Shown here piece by piece: positions 1 to 12,959 of a stretch of DNA of 63,869 nucleotides; position 1 is the stretch's first letter; each line of letters opens with the position of its first letter. The notes under the pieces were generated by a model that was not told where the DNA came from, searched no databases, and saw only the letters and a program-made list of their open reading frames with translations. The stretch lies in contig NC_068988.1 of the NCBI RefSeq assembly GCF_001194135.2, positions 80,991,874-81,055,742 of the forward strand, written 5' to 3'. The stretch comes from Octopus bimaculoides. Its lineage: Eukaryota. Both the position numbers and the translations under genes were made by a program.

Positions 1-1375
1 TATATATATATATATATACATATATGTATGTATGTATGTATGTATATGATGGGCTTCTTTCAGTTTCCATTAACCAAAAAATCCACTCACAAGTCTTCGG
101 TCAGCCTGAAGCTATAGTTAAAGACACTTGCCCAAGGTGCTACATACTGGGATTGAACCTGGAACCATGTGGTTGGGAAGCAAGCTTCATACCACAAGGG
201 TGTCAAACCACAGGATAGGCTAATGCACCAAACACATTCCATGTAATAATATTAATAAAATACATATTTTAAACTAGTTGATATACTTCTGTATACACAG
301 ATACAAAATAATTCTTATTGTTGGCTTCTTATACTTTTATCTCTATACTTTAAAAAGTTTTCTTATAGTTGTTTAATTGCCAAAATCTTTTATCAAATCT
401 TTAAAACTAATCTGGCATAATGAATATACAATACTAACATAAACAATGCATCCATTTGTGAAGTTGTTCCTTGTTGCCAGAGAATAAATGAAATCCAAAT
501 TGGTAGACAGAACTGATGCTTTGTAAGTCAAATTTTTACAAACAATACAAAATATAAAAAAGAATTACATTGACATGTTGCAACACAGACACAAAAATTC
601 TTGTAATTATTACTTTTAATTAAAGTCTCCAACTCCAATAATTTCACCACAAAACAGCACAATGGCAACACCTTAATCTTTAATTATCATTAACATTCAC
701 CATTAACTACAAATAATCAAAATGCCAAAAATATCGAAAACAATACAAAATGTGGGCCAACATAAAAGCATTTTTTTCATGTCTTCCCTGCTAGAAACAG
801 TAGTCAAATATCCCTCAAATCACATTTTGCCATCTTAAAGAAAGAAGTGCACACCAATTTACACACAAAATTTGAGAGTAAATTCTTACAACCATTCTCT
901 AGATTAAGGTGAATATACTAAATGCTTTGGTGTTATTGATATATGCATTGTTACTAAATTCTAAAATCCACAAAACTAAATTCTATAATTTCTAAATTAA
1001 GGTAAAATCTGTTAAATAGTGTTTTTGTAATTAAATTCTATAATCTAGGTTAACAATCTGGTGAAAGCATTTAAATGTTAGTGTTACTAAGTTACCTCCC
1101 TCTCACTGTATCAGAAAGCCACAAAGTTTTGGTTTCTAATTCAAGCTATCATGTTGACCACACATAGAGGGGTGTTGGTTGGGTGATAACTGTTCATAAT
1201 ATCAGCACTGATACTTGACTAGAATATATTTTATTAACACTGAAAGGATGAAATATAAAATCAGCTTCACAGCAGTATTTGAATTCAAAGTGTAAAGGAA
1301 CTAAATACCACAATGTCTGATATCTGATGCTCCACTGATTCTGCTGATATACCAATATATAGGGTATACAATTCA

Positions 1376-1589
1376 GCTCTTTAGCATTTAGATTACTCTG
1401 TCAAATGTAATGTTTATTGATTCACATTATTTTGAATTAATCATATATTATCTCTGAGATTTCAAAGATGTAATTGTTTATTTTCAGAATAACATTGTAG
1501 GGTAGGTGTGAGAGGCCAGATTTGGCTGGTTTGAACATAGAGCAGGTAGACTATTTGAGTCAGATATAACCAGTTTGAATGCTAAATGG
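1376..1589. mobile_element. piggyBac-like MITE family A, inverted copy
   Basis: gtgagaggccagatttggctggtttgaacata matches the 47.9-kb copy on the other strand. Ends aatgctaaatgg-ttaa. Confidence 0.65.
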
Positions 1590-2221
1590 TTAAAGTTTAT
1601 AACTGATTAAGAAATTAAACAGTATTTAAAGACAAAGAAGGCTGATTAGTAATTGCTGACGAGCTTTGAGGTGTTTGAGACAATTTGTTTCCACTAAATG
1701 CTATCTTCCAGAACATTCCTGACATAAAAGAACTAAAAGAACGAAAAAATAAAATAGAAATTTGCAATGAAATGTAAAAACATCTATGAAGAAGATTAAA
1801 TAAATGAAGATGAAGTTCTGTTCAAATTATACTATAATAATTATAACTATTTTTCTTATTTTTGATAATTTTCAACAATTTCTTTGGATTTATGTTTCCA
1901 AAGTGTAAGAAGGGAAGTTAGAAATTTTTGGAAAAGTGAAATTTTGAAATAATTTTTCATAGAATCATAATCTTGTATTCTGAAAATCATATAAATCCAT
2001 AAGAACTGTTGATAAACATTAGTTTCAAATTTTGACACAAGGCCAGTAATCAACTGGTACTTATTTTATTGAGCCTGAAAGGATGGAGGTAAAGTCGACT
2101 TTGGCAAAATTTGAACAATAAAGTTACAGCTGATTACTGTGCTTTTATCAGAATTCCATCTAAATAAATAAATAAATGAATAAATAAATAAAGGTGCAGC
2201 CCCATTAAATTCCCAGCATCT

Positions 2222-2267
2222 ATCTGGGATTTAACATCTGGGATTTAACATCTGGGATTTAACATCT
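2222..2267. repeat. 3 x 14-bp tandem repeat
   Basis: (atctgggatttaac)3 followed by atct. Confidence 0.9.
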
Positions 2268-2445
2268 TGAACAAATTGACCCCAAGACTTATTCTTTATA
2301 ACATTATTTACATTATTTTACATTTGACGGATATTTGCCCTCAGAGAAATATAACTTTGCTAGGAAAGAAGTGAGAGTTGATGACAAGAAGGGCATCTGA
2401 CCTTTGAAAATCTAACCATGCAAGTATACAACAGTGGAAGTTAAA

Positions 2446-2481
2446 ATGATAATGATAATGATTGTGAGGATGATGATGATA

Positions 2482-2541
<60 letters not shown>

Positions 2542-2692
2542 NNNNNNNNNNNNNNNNNNNNNNNNNNNNNNNNNNNNNNNNNNNNNNNNNNNNNNNNNNN
2601 NNNNNNNNNNNNNNNNNNNNNNNNNNNNNNNNNNNNNNNNNNGTGGTGGTGGTGGTGGTGGTGGTGGTGGTGGTGGTGATGATGATGATTAT
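2446..2692. repeat. (GAT)n/(GGT)n microsatellite spanning an N-gap
   Basis: Read directly; gap at 2542-2642. Confidence 0.95.
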
Positions 2693-3310
2693 GATAATTT
2701 CAGTTTAGCAATTTTTAAAAATATTCATGTTGTGTCAGTGCATATGTAATTTCTCACCTGTTGTCACCATTATATAAGAATGTAATAATATGCCTGTGGA
2801 ATGTTTTATCAACTCTGTTGAAGGAATTGACAAAATGCTAGTCAACTAATTTTGATAGTTCATATCCTTTCACTGAGGACTGTTCAATATCTCTATTAAT
2901 CACTTACTCCTCACTAACCCAGTACAGTTTGCTGTTGTCTGCTCCAAGTAGGTTAACACTGTAAAACTGATTTTTCTTATAGACACAAGGCCACATAGTT
3001 TAAAGGAGGATTTGAAGATACACTCATTAAATTGACTGCAGTACTGTCTTGTACTTTATTTCATTAAACTTGAAATGATGTAAGGAAACGTTACTTCTGT
3101 AGCATTTGACTTCAGAATCTAATCTGCTGTAACAAATAACTAATGTATTTTATCTGAGCCTCTAATGATTTTGCCATTTCACTACTACTACCACTATATA
3201 ATTTGTAAACTTGCAGTGTCAAACTCAGTTTGTTCATGGAGTTAGAGACAGGCAGGCATCGCTAGGAAGATTAGCTCTCTGTAGACAAATACAAAGACAC
3301 ACTCTTTATA

Positions 3311-3542
3311 CAGCAATCCCTTGTTTCCAAACCCCCTATGATAGGTGTTATGCTCCAAAAACCCCTGCGATAGGTGAAAATCCATGAAGTAGAAACAATA
3401 TTACTGAATAAATTTTTTAATTATTTTTATAATTTGTATATATTTATTTCATTATAAATGCAAAACAACACCACAGAGGAATTGACATAAGCTTGAATAA
3501 TAAACTGTGATAGGTGAATCACAATATGGCGAGGAATTACTG
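3311..3542. mobile_element. Tigger/pogo-like MITE with TA TSD
   Basis: ta-cagcaatcccttg ... cgaggaattactg-ta imperfect TIRs. A related, deleted inverted copy lies at about 43629-43797. Confidence 0.7.
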
Positions 3543-3657
3543 TATATATGGGGTACTCATGCTAATCACCCATTGAAACTCAAAAATATTTGAGTTAAAT
3601 GTTCTAATATCTTCAAAATGTATGGAATTCATGCACATATATGCATATATATATATA

Positions 3658-4072
3658 GGCGCAGGAGTGACTGTGTGGTAAGTAGCTTGCTTACCAACCA
3701 CATGGTTCCGGGTTCATTCCCACTGCGTGACACCTTGGGCAAGTGTCTTCTACTATAGCCTCGGGCCAACCAAAGCCTTGTGAGTGGATTTGGTAGACGG
3801 AAACTGAAAGAAGCCTGTCGTATATATGTATATATATGTATATGTGTGTGTGTATATGTTTGTGTGTCTGTGTTTCTCCCCCCAACATCACTTGACAGCA
3901 GATGGTGGTGTGTTTACATCTCCGTAACTTAGTGGTTCAGCAAAGGAGACCGATAGAATAAGTACTAGGCATCCAAAGAATAAGTCCTGGGGTCGATTTG
4001 TTCGACAAAAGGCGGTGCTCCAACATGGCTGCAGTCAAATGACTGAAACAAGTAAAAGAGTAAAAGAGAGAG
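3658..4072 (+). mobile_element. Full-length tRNA-derived bipartite SINE with central (TA)n/(TG)n
   Basis: Head ggcgcaggagtgactgtgtggtaag..ggttccgggttcattccc (A/B-box-like) and tail caagtaaaagagtaaaagag. Reverse complement of 46205-46621. Confidence 0.9.
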
Positions 4073-4676
4073 ATATATATTATATATGTATGTATATATG
4101 TATATCTTATATGTATGTATATACACACATATACATTACAACTACCTGATGAACAACCACATGAAACTTTGAATAACAGTTTGAGAATTGTTTTTGGGCT
4201 TTAATAAAATTGCACTTTACTCTGCCTTTGGTGTTTGAGTACTATCTTTTCCACCATGTTTTGCACCTATGTGCTTACTTATATGTATACAAACACACAC
4301 ACATATGTATGCATACATATATGTATGTGCATGTGTGTATGCCCATGTCTAAAGAAATTAATTGAATGTGATAACAAAATTAATTAAATGAATAATTACA
4401 AATATAAATCTGCATAATTAATATCTCTATTAACCAGAAACAATCACACAAGAAAGAACCAATTTTAAATTTTACATTTTACTGCAAAGCTAATGAAATA
4501 CTGAGGTTCGACCCCAACAAAAATGTTGGACAAGTGACCACATGAGTCTGGATTTCTTCTAAACATTCAATCAGACCCCTCTGTAAAATATATCTGATTC
4601 AGCAGAGTTAATCAGGTCAATTGCCAATAACATTAACAACATGACATAATAATTTTATATTGAAAATAAATATATA

Positions 4677-4892
4677 GGCACAGGAGTGTGTATATGTTTG
4701 TCCCCCCAACATTGCTTGACAACCAATGTTGGTGTATTTATGTTCCCATAACTTAGCAGTTTGGCAAAAGAGACCGATAGAATAAGTACTAGGCTTACAA
4801 AGAATAAGTCCTGGGGTCGATTTGCTCAACTAAAGGCGGTGCTCCAGCATGGCCACAGTCAAATGACTGAAACAAGTAAAAGAGTAAAGAGT
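4677..4892 (+). mobile_element. Internally deleted bipartite SINE (head fused to 3' half)
   Basis: ggcacaggagtg is joined directly to tgtatatgtttgtccccccaac. Confidence 0.8.
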
Positions 4893-5699
4893 ATATAATA
4901 GAAGCTACATTAATATTCTATTTTTAATAGTATTCCCCCATTAATTTATGTAAATAAATAAGGTTTGTTTGTTAATAACAGTTGTTTGACCTTTTAACAA
5001 TTACTGGCCCTGAGTATTGTACAAATATGCTGATTAAAAATTATGGTGAACAAGGCAAAAGAGTTCTGGACTAGAACGTTCAAATACTTGATACTATACT
5101 ATAGGACCTCATTGTTCTGAGTTCAAATCTCACAGTTAACTTAAGTGACATTTTCCAGGATTTATTTTTAAGAAGTATCAATAACATACTGGAGAATCAT
5201 CATATTTAATTAAACCCATTTCCCAACAAAAGCCTTTGTGCCTCAATAAAGAAATTAATATCCTTTTGTGAAAATAACTAGGGAGCTGGACTAGATGTTT
5301 TGCTATGATTAATTCCATACTTCATTGTTCTGAGTTCAAATGATGCTGAGGTCAACTTTATCTTTATCTTTTCTTGAGTGGTTCAATATGTTGCATGGAT
5401 ATATTGCGACTGGTCTAACAAATACTACTATTTCTTTACAAAACTTGGCATTGTGCCTTGTCATAAGAATGTACTGAGCATTTCTAATAGTGGTACCAGA
5501 GAGGTGGTGGGGAGAAACAGTGACAGAATAAAAAAGAGAGAAGAAGAATTGGATGTCAGACTAAGCCAATTTTTAATTCAGAATGACAGGAGAAGATGTG
5601 CAATAAATAAATTTATCTCAATTTATGTAATAGGGTAATAATTTCTTGTTTTGATACAAGAACAATTTCCTGAAAATGTACGATATACAAAGAAATGAC

Positions 5700-6780
5700 T
5701 GCAAATTTATAAGACCTCGAAATCAAGAAACATAATGTTTATTCTTGAGATACTTGAAAGCAGACAAAATTGATCACAGACTGATGAAAGAATATAGCAA
5801 ATAAATATTACACACAATATATGAAGCTAGTGTTCAGAAATGTCTTTATTATTAAACTTAAAAGAGAGAAAATAATCAGAATTATGCCTTTTTTGTTCAC
5901 TCATACAATATAAATATAACTAATTGGAGAATGAATGTGATCCTAAGATTGGATGGCAAAAGAAAAAAAAACTCCTCTCTTTGTATGGGAGGACAACACT
6001 TAACAGCTGCAATTGGAATCAAAATATATCAGAATACAATTATTTTTCCAACAGGAAGAAGGACTATGCCCCTCACTGCGTTTTTATTGCAATACAATTA
6101 CGAAAATGGTAAAAATGTTAATGACCATCCATGAGGAAGTAGTGAAATTTAAGGTTGGAATAAAGTTAAAGGTAGAACAACAAGAACTTGAAAGGGGAAT
6201 GAAAATAATAAAAGAAAAATATATAATGTATGAAGAAAATTTCTACAAAATGAATTAGAAAATAAAGAGCAATATTAAACCATTGCATGGGAAATACCAT
6301 GAGTATATTATGAAACCTGACTGAATCAGTCATCTGAGGTTGGCCAACTAAAAATTATACATGAAGAGTTTACAGTTAAACTAAAGATCATTGACTTCTT
6401 TACTGACACTAATGTAAACTATTTTTTAAAAAAAGGTTGATGTAAATGATATGTAAGATCTAATATATGTGGGTTTGATGAAACATTTATTCACATATTA
6501 GGTTCACAGTCCTAGACATGACAATATATGCATAAGCACAAACTGTGAAAATTGATATTATTATCAGCTTGTATTATATGCCTAAAAAGGTTACAGAAAG
6601 GAAAATGAGTGAAAGTATTGTGGGACATGACATGGCAGACTGACAAAAAAATTGTGACTAGTTGACCTGAACTGACATGAAGTTATAAATACATTGTAGC
6701 TGATTTGCCATGGAATTTAGATGGGAATGTGTCCATTAAAGATATAGAAACCAATAAAAATGACAAAAATTTACAGACAT
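5700..6780 (+). mobile_element. Very decayed Dong/R4-like LINE 3' half
   Basis: Fragments KPLHGKY, ICGFDETFIHIL and KVLWDMTWQTD occur in the expected order. Boundaries are approximate. Confidence 0.55.
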
Positions 6781-6973
6781 TTATTTATTTGTTTCTTGTA
6801 GATGACAATTTGATAACAATAATATAATGAGTCACCAGTTTGCAATAAACCAATTACTGTTTCATTGCCTAATCGTTGGCAAAGGCTTACATTCTTTATC
6901 AAGATACATTGGCAAAAGAAACACATGTATATGCAATAAGAATCAGCCTTCTCCTGCAAATGAGTATGGCTTG

Positions 6974-7153
6974 ATAACATATATAAATTAATGGGAAATT
7001 TTGATAACAAATATAAATTAACGGGAAATTTTGATAACATATATAAATTAACGGGAAATTTTGATAACAAATATAAATTAACGGGAAATTTTGATAACAT
7101 ATATAAATTAACGGGAAATTTTGATAACATATATAAATTAACGGGAAATTTTG
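6974..7153. repeat. Minisatellite, 6 x 30 bp
   Basis: Unit ataaca(t/a)atataaattaacgggaaattttg starts at 6974, 7004, 7034, 7064, 7094 and 7124. Confidence 0.95.
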
Positions 7154-7332
7154 ATGGAAGATTACAATTTAGATATCATAGAACCAGAAATAGTCTCAGG
7201 TGGGTTGGTATCAAAAGGGCTAATATCAAGAGAAGCTGTTACTGTAAATCTAATATATTTGAAAACTCAAATATTTAGATTTTGCTACCTCTTGTTTCTT
7301 TGATGTTAGGGTTAGTAATAATGGAATTGCAC

Positions 7333-7565
7333 GTTGTTGTTGTTTAGCCCCAGGTCAGCTCTGGCTGAGTCAACCCATGAACAAAGACGGTTCAACCCTG
7401 ACCATCCTGTCTTTATTTCAGACGTTTTTGTATCTCAGACTGCATAATTCAATGTGTTTCACTCACAAAGTTATTGGTTAATGAAAACAAAGATTCTGCA
7501 TTGAGCTAGTGCATTTCCAAAGACAACTGAATATAACTTGAGGGAGATTTGGTTGCTATTTCTAG
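7333..7565 (-). mobile_element. Third interspersed SINE-like family ending ggggctaaacaacaac (representative copy)
   Basis: Motif ctagaaatagcagccaaatctccctcaaat recurs at about 790, 13370, 22400, 28200, 32630, 52015, 52230 and 54980. Confidence 0.65.
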
Positions 7566-8050
7566 TAGATTGCTGTTTCTCGTAGATTGCTATTTCTAGT
7601 ATCTTAAAAATAAACTGTTTTTAATCAATAGAACACAAGTGAATCCAAATAACCTCCCTTTATCTATGTTTCGAGGAAAGCCACGGTAGGAGAAAGGAGA
7701 GCGAAGTAAAGAAGAAGAGGTGAGAATTAAACATTCAGACTATTTTATTATTCAAGGTGAATGTTCAATAGAACCTGTTACCCTTTATCAGTGAACAACT
7801 CTATTTGCTATGATAGGATGGGGCTTGAAGTATTGGGAGTTATTTCCCTTTACATACTTGTACAGTGAATAAACGTCGAAATGTTGAACATTGTTTATTA
7901 TGCACATCTGAGCATAATAAACGTATTTTATCATTCCAATATTTTGTTCGCTGAACAAATATTCACTTGATAATACTGCTAAGTTCTTGTGTTAAAATGT
8001 TAAGGTATAACAAATCTAACTTGCAGTTTATTATTTGTTTATTTTTTTCT

Positions 8051-8430
8051 GGTAAGAAACTTGCTTCCCAACCACATGGTTCTGAGTTCAGTCCCATTGC
8101 GTGGCACCTTGGGCAAGTGTCTTCTACTATAGCCTCGGGCCGAACAAAGCCTTATGAGTGGATTTGGTAGATAGAAACTGAAAGAAGCCTGTGGTATATA
8201 TGTATCTATATACCTCTGTGTCTTTGTGTCTGTTTGTCCTCCCCACCACTACTTGACAACTGGTGCTGGTGTGTTTACAACCCTGTAACTAAGCGGTTTG
8301 ACCAAAGAGGATGATAGTATAAGTACCAAACTTTAAAAAATAAGTACTGGGGTTGATACATTCCTCTAAAAATTCCTCAAGATTGTGCTCCAGCATGGTT
8401 ACGGTCTGATGACTAAAACAAGTAAAAAGA
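8051..8430 (+). mobile_element. Older copy of the bipartite SINE
   Basis: Similar to 3658-4072 along its length. Confidence 0.85.
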
Positions 8431-8479
8431 CCAGAAAAAGAGAATATCTAAAAAATTTAATATGGATCTTGGAAAAAGC

Positions 8480-10450
8480 ATAAGTATGCTCAGTTTTATT
8501 TTCCATCCTTATAAATCTTGATCCCTGTCAAAGTTTTCCTTCTTTACATAAATATAGTTTAACACTATATCGGAAACTTGAATCCCTTTAGTGAAGTCCA
8601 ATCTGTTGAAGACAGCGGGTCCAGTTGTTGTTGTTGTTGTTGCTGCTACTGTTGTTGCTGTTCTTCTTGTAGTTGTTAAGGTAACGAGCTGACAGAATGG
8701 TTAGCACATTGGACAAAATCCTTTGTAGCATTTCTTCTGGCCCGATACAATTTGAGTTCAAATCTCGTCAAGATCAACTTTGCCTTTCATTCCAATATTT
8801 GGTTTATCTCTATTTCCATAGCTTTGTATTTGGATAATTTCTCCATTTATCTGAGAGTTAGTTCCAGGAGTATGCAATAAAGCAGAGGACAATAACTAGA
8901 ATATAGATATACATTAGAAAAAGTTTCAGAAAGTGATAAAGTGACTCTATGTCACAGTACATACAAACTGTTGGGTCCGATACTTTAATTAGGAAGCATT
9001 TCTTTTTCTGATGGTCTTTGACAACAATGGCTTTGATTTCCCTCTTGTCTGCAATTATTGATATATGCAAGATTGCAGCTACTTTGTCACTTTCTGAGAG
9101 CTTTTCTGGTGTATGCTCTCCGTTGGTATTTCATTATATAATAGTGGCAATATAAGTCTGTGAATGCACTCATTCTTTTGGACTAAGACTGGGTAGCCAA
9201 AGGTAATGTGGGTAATTAGTTCTTCCTCATCTTCACATCTTCTGCAGTTGCTTAGTGTATTCAATTTTTGGTGGGTTTTTTTCTTTCTAAGGCTATATTG
9301 TAATTTTTCCTTATTTACTTCCACTCAATTCACTAAAACCATTTTGAGATATTTCTTGCCATAAATTCAACATGACATTCTGCTGCACAATTTTTGCATT
9401 TTCACAATTTCTGTTGTTATTCCTCTTTTTTCATCATAACTCTCTGCTATTACAGTCTCTTTCTGATATTTTGGTGGCTTCTTTGAACAGAGAAAACAGT
9501 TGTTTTGTTCATGTTTGGTAGCTATTTGTATAAATTTTCCATGATTCTTTACTACATATCTTTATACACCAATGTTATTTTATAACACTTTTCCACTTAT
9601 AAAAGGCCTCTAGCCCCCTGTATTCATGGTAAATATAATTTTTCTGCATAAGATTTTGGCTGGCATATTCTAAATGCAATCAATGTTTTTCTTGTTTCTT
9701 TTAGCTAGTTTGTTTATTAAAACCGTAACTTCTTACTAGGACTATTATAATATTGATATCTATTACCTGTTTTTTGCATTTAACTCTATTTGAAGTGTTA
9801 GTCTGTTATGTCTGTAATATTCCTTCCTAATCAGTTTTTTTCATTTGCATATTACCCAGTTCATTGATACCTAAGGAATTATATGTCTATGTCTGGTCTA
9901 ATTCTCATATTTGTGTGTCATTCACTAGTATTCTATTAGCATTCTTAATTAATTTCTATCTCTTCAAGGCTGCCTTGGCACATTTTTCTAATCTAAATCT
10001 CAGTCTCTTTACTGATAATTTATGAGAAGTCCTCTATTATGTTTCACTTGCACTTTGTAAAGGATTAATAGTTATAGGAGGCTCAAGTATTTTGTGGGCC
10101 CAAAGAGGAAGGCTAGATTTTATGAGACAATCTTTGAAAAATCCTGCATGCTGGTGAAGTCTAGCATTTGTAGAAAGATTGCTGCAGTATAAGCATTGTA
10201 TGCCTTGTACAGAAAGTCTATTGTGTGAGTAGACTGTCTGTTGAATTCAAAGTGTTTCACATAAGAAATGAGTTTTACATGGCAAGGATGTGCAAGTAGA
10301 TTCATGAGTCCTGATATTGTTTTTTTATGTCCTTGTATATGTCCTCCTTTATCAAACCCAGTGCTATAATTGTTATTGGCACTGCTTCTATTTTTCATAC
10401 CCCACATCCTGCTTATCTCTGTTTTAAGGTCATTGAACTTTAATAATTTC
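8480..10450 (-). mobile_element. Decayed Dong/R4-like non-LTR retrotransposon (RT, CCHC knuckle, restriction-like endonuclease)
   Basis: Minus fragments FRLEKCAKAALKR, RKEYYR, ELNAKNR, GARGLL, CRRCEDEEELITHITFGYPVL, IKA-IVVKDHQKKKCFLIKVS (RPD deleted) and EKLSKYKAMEIEI. A SINE is inserted at about 8690-8790. Confidence 0.75.
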
Positions 10451-11903
10451 TTACTCTCTTTCTAGTTTTATTTTGGTTTGGATGCAGTGATGTTCATTCC
10501 CATCTCCACCACCACCAGGTAAATTCAAGCTGCTCAGCCCCTGTTGTTGATTTTAGGAACGGGTTCAGATCTTACCATCAGGGTGTGAGTAACTGTGAAG
10601 AAGCCTACAAACATGGACTGAAAGGAATCCATCCCTGAAAGGCTGGATGAAGGTGCAGATTATGTACATCACTTTGCTGGTGTGTGATCACCAAAGTGTT
10701 GAACCATTCCCTAGAGAATACCTAACCAGATTGGAATATCTGCCCTTTTGCTACTTGTGGAAAGAACCTATGTTAGAAGTTCTATCTGCTAATGACATCT
10801 GTTTCTGTAGATTTGCAGGGTACTCAGGTTATTGATACACTAAGATGGTAACATTTACAAAGATTATAATGCTTATATGTATTGTCATCAGCGTTTTATT
10901 GTATCTGATAATTTATTTGGCTTCTTCCCCTCTATCCATGTTTATGCCTCTGATGACTAATGAGGCTGCTTCTCACATGGAAGCATCTATGACCAAGTTC
11001 ACAAGGGATCCGTGGTGGAGGTTTTGGCTGTTGCAGCCTCTACTTTCTTTCTTGTCATTTCTCTTCTTTCCTCTCATTCAGCTTCAAAATAATCTTTCAC
11101 AGTGGAGATAGAATGATGAGAGGAGTGGGAGTACATGGTTACCCATTCTCTCCAAGAAGAGACCTCGGCACCAAAGAGACCTCAGCTATATATATATATA
11201 TATANNNNNNNNNNNNNNNNNNNNNNNNNNNNNNNNNNNNNNNNNNNNNNNNNNNNNNNNNNNNNNNNNNNNNNNNNNNNNNNNNNNNNNNNNNNNNNNN
11301 NNNNNNNNNNNNNNNNNNNNNNNNNNNNNNNNNNNNNNNNNNNNNNNNNNNNNNNNNNNNNNNNNNNNNNNNNNNNNNNNNNNNNNNNNNNNNNNNNNNN
11401 NNNNNNNNNNNNNNNNNNNNNNNNNNNNNNNNNNNNNNNNNNNNNNNNNNNNNNNNNNNNNNNNNNNNNNNNNNNNNNNNNNNNNNNNNNNNNNNNNNNN
11501 NNNNNNNNNNNNNNNNNNNNNNNNNNNNNNNNNNNNNNNNNNNNNNNNNNNNNNNNNNNNNNNNNNNNNNNNNNNNNNNNNNNNNNNNNNNNNNNNNNNN
11601 NNNNNNNNNNNNNNNNNNNNNNNNNNNNNNNNNNNNNNNNNNNNNNNNNNNNNNNNNNNNNNNNNNNNNNNNNNNNNNNNNNNNNNNNNNNNNNNNNNNN
11701 NNNNNNNNNNNNNNNNNNNNNNNNNNNNNNNNNNNNNNNNNNNNNNNNNNNNNNNNNNNNNNNNNNNNNNNNNNNNNNNNNNNNNNNNNNNNNNNNNNNN
11801 NNNNNNNNNNNNNNNNNNNNNNNNNNNNNNNNNNNNNNNNNNNNNNNNNNNNNNNNNNNNNNNNNNNNNNNNNNNNNNNNNNNNNNNNNNNNNNNNNNNN
11901 NNN

Positions 11904-12212
11904 CGTGGTGGTTTGGATTGGTGTACATAGAAAGTCGTGTTGACGCTGGTGGAGATTGATGCTGGTTAGTAGTAATCGTAGAATCGTGTTGGTCATGACG
12001 ATGATGCTGGTTAGTAGTCGTAGACTCGTGTTGCTGATGTGGCGACGGCGGTGGTCATCGTTGGCTGGACGAAGCTGTTGAAGTGGTCGCTGGCTGATTG
12101 TTGCTGCTGCTGTCGTGTGGTACACGGAACAGTCTCTAAGAGAAACTGAACCGAGACGAATTTGGCCGCCGAGTTAAAGTTATTTATAACAAACTATTGG
12201 CTCCTGATTACA
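11904..12212 (-). mobile_element. LTR-like or promoter-bearing repeat, truncated by an N-gap
   Basis: Minus strand begins TGTAATCAGG, followed by CCAAT, TATAAATA (12188-12181) and TCAGT (12149-12145). It is CpG-rich with an internal roughly 48-bp duplication. The other end is hidden in the gap. Confidence 0.4.
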
Positions 12213-12539
12213 CATGCTTTCAAGAGACATTGGGGGTGGTGATAACAGGTGAGGAGGTACAGAGGTTAATGGGTGAATGGACAGGATTGAGGTGGCTAGC
12301 AGATAATGGAGAGAAATATAGGAGAGGCTGAAGGGTAGCAGTTGCAGTAGATATGTGAGGCCATTGAGAGTGATAGCAGATAAGTAAGGTGTAAGTGATA
12401 GAGAAAAGCACAAGTGGGATAATGTACAAAAAGGAAGTGACTAATAGAGACATGAGGTGGGGCAGGGATGATGAGGGTGGGGCTCTTCATGGACAAACAT
12501 TATTAGGATGGTTTCAGGATATCAATTTTGCTGTAGTGG

Positions 12540-12920
12540 GTTGGTCTTCTTTAATACAGCAAGGTACCAGATATCTCGGCCTTTTGTTATCTCCTTTGTA
12601 AGTCTCTGTGTCTTCAGATTGGCCTTCAATACTTCATTCCATAAGTTCCATCTACTTCAAGTGACTGCCACTTCTTTAACTGTCCTCATCCATATACATC
12701 ACATGCTCAAACTAGTGCAGTCTTCTCTCTTGCACACTGCATCTAATTGCTCTTATGCCTAACTTTTCTCTCAATACGCTAAGTAAACACAGTGATGTTT
12801 CTTGGTACACTGCTTCATGAAGGTCTCTGCTAACTCTCATTGTGTACACAACTGTGAACTGCCATCTGTTGGCAAACTATAGAACTAGTCCAGGAACATT
12901 TTGATATCACCTCATATGAT
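12540..12920 (-). mobile_element. Old RTE LINE C-terminal fragment
   Basis: Reverse complement resembles the 15300-15750 region (gtgtgcaagagagaagactgcactagttt...catgtgatg). Confidence 0.6.
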
Positions 12921-12959
12921 TAAGGATATTTTAGAAGTGACCATCCCATATTTTTTTAT

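Noticed and set aside
1856-4581. Chain of small minus-strand candidate exons (2758-2793, 2908/2919-2958, about 4500-4581) and ORF 1856-2053
   Set aside because: Several incompatible phase combinations fit equally well and no peptide is recognisable; likely over-fitting of splice-like words.
6771-7278. Repetitive-peptide ORFs on both strands; CRISPR-like periodicity
   Set aside because: Produced by a 30-bp tandem repeat with no unique spacers, in eukaryotic context.
11113-12125. Long ORFs (248-328 aa) in the track
   Set aside because: They are open only because they run through an N-gap. The same applies to the ORFs over the gaps at 2542, 14057, 19920, 35636, 56849 and 62518.
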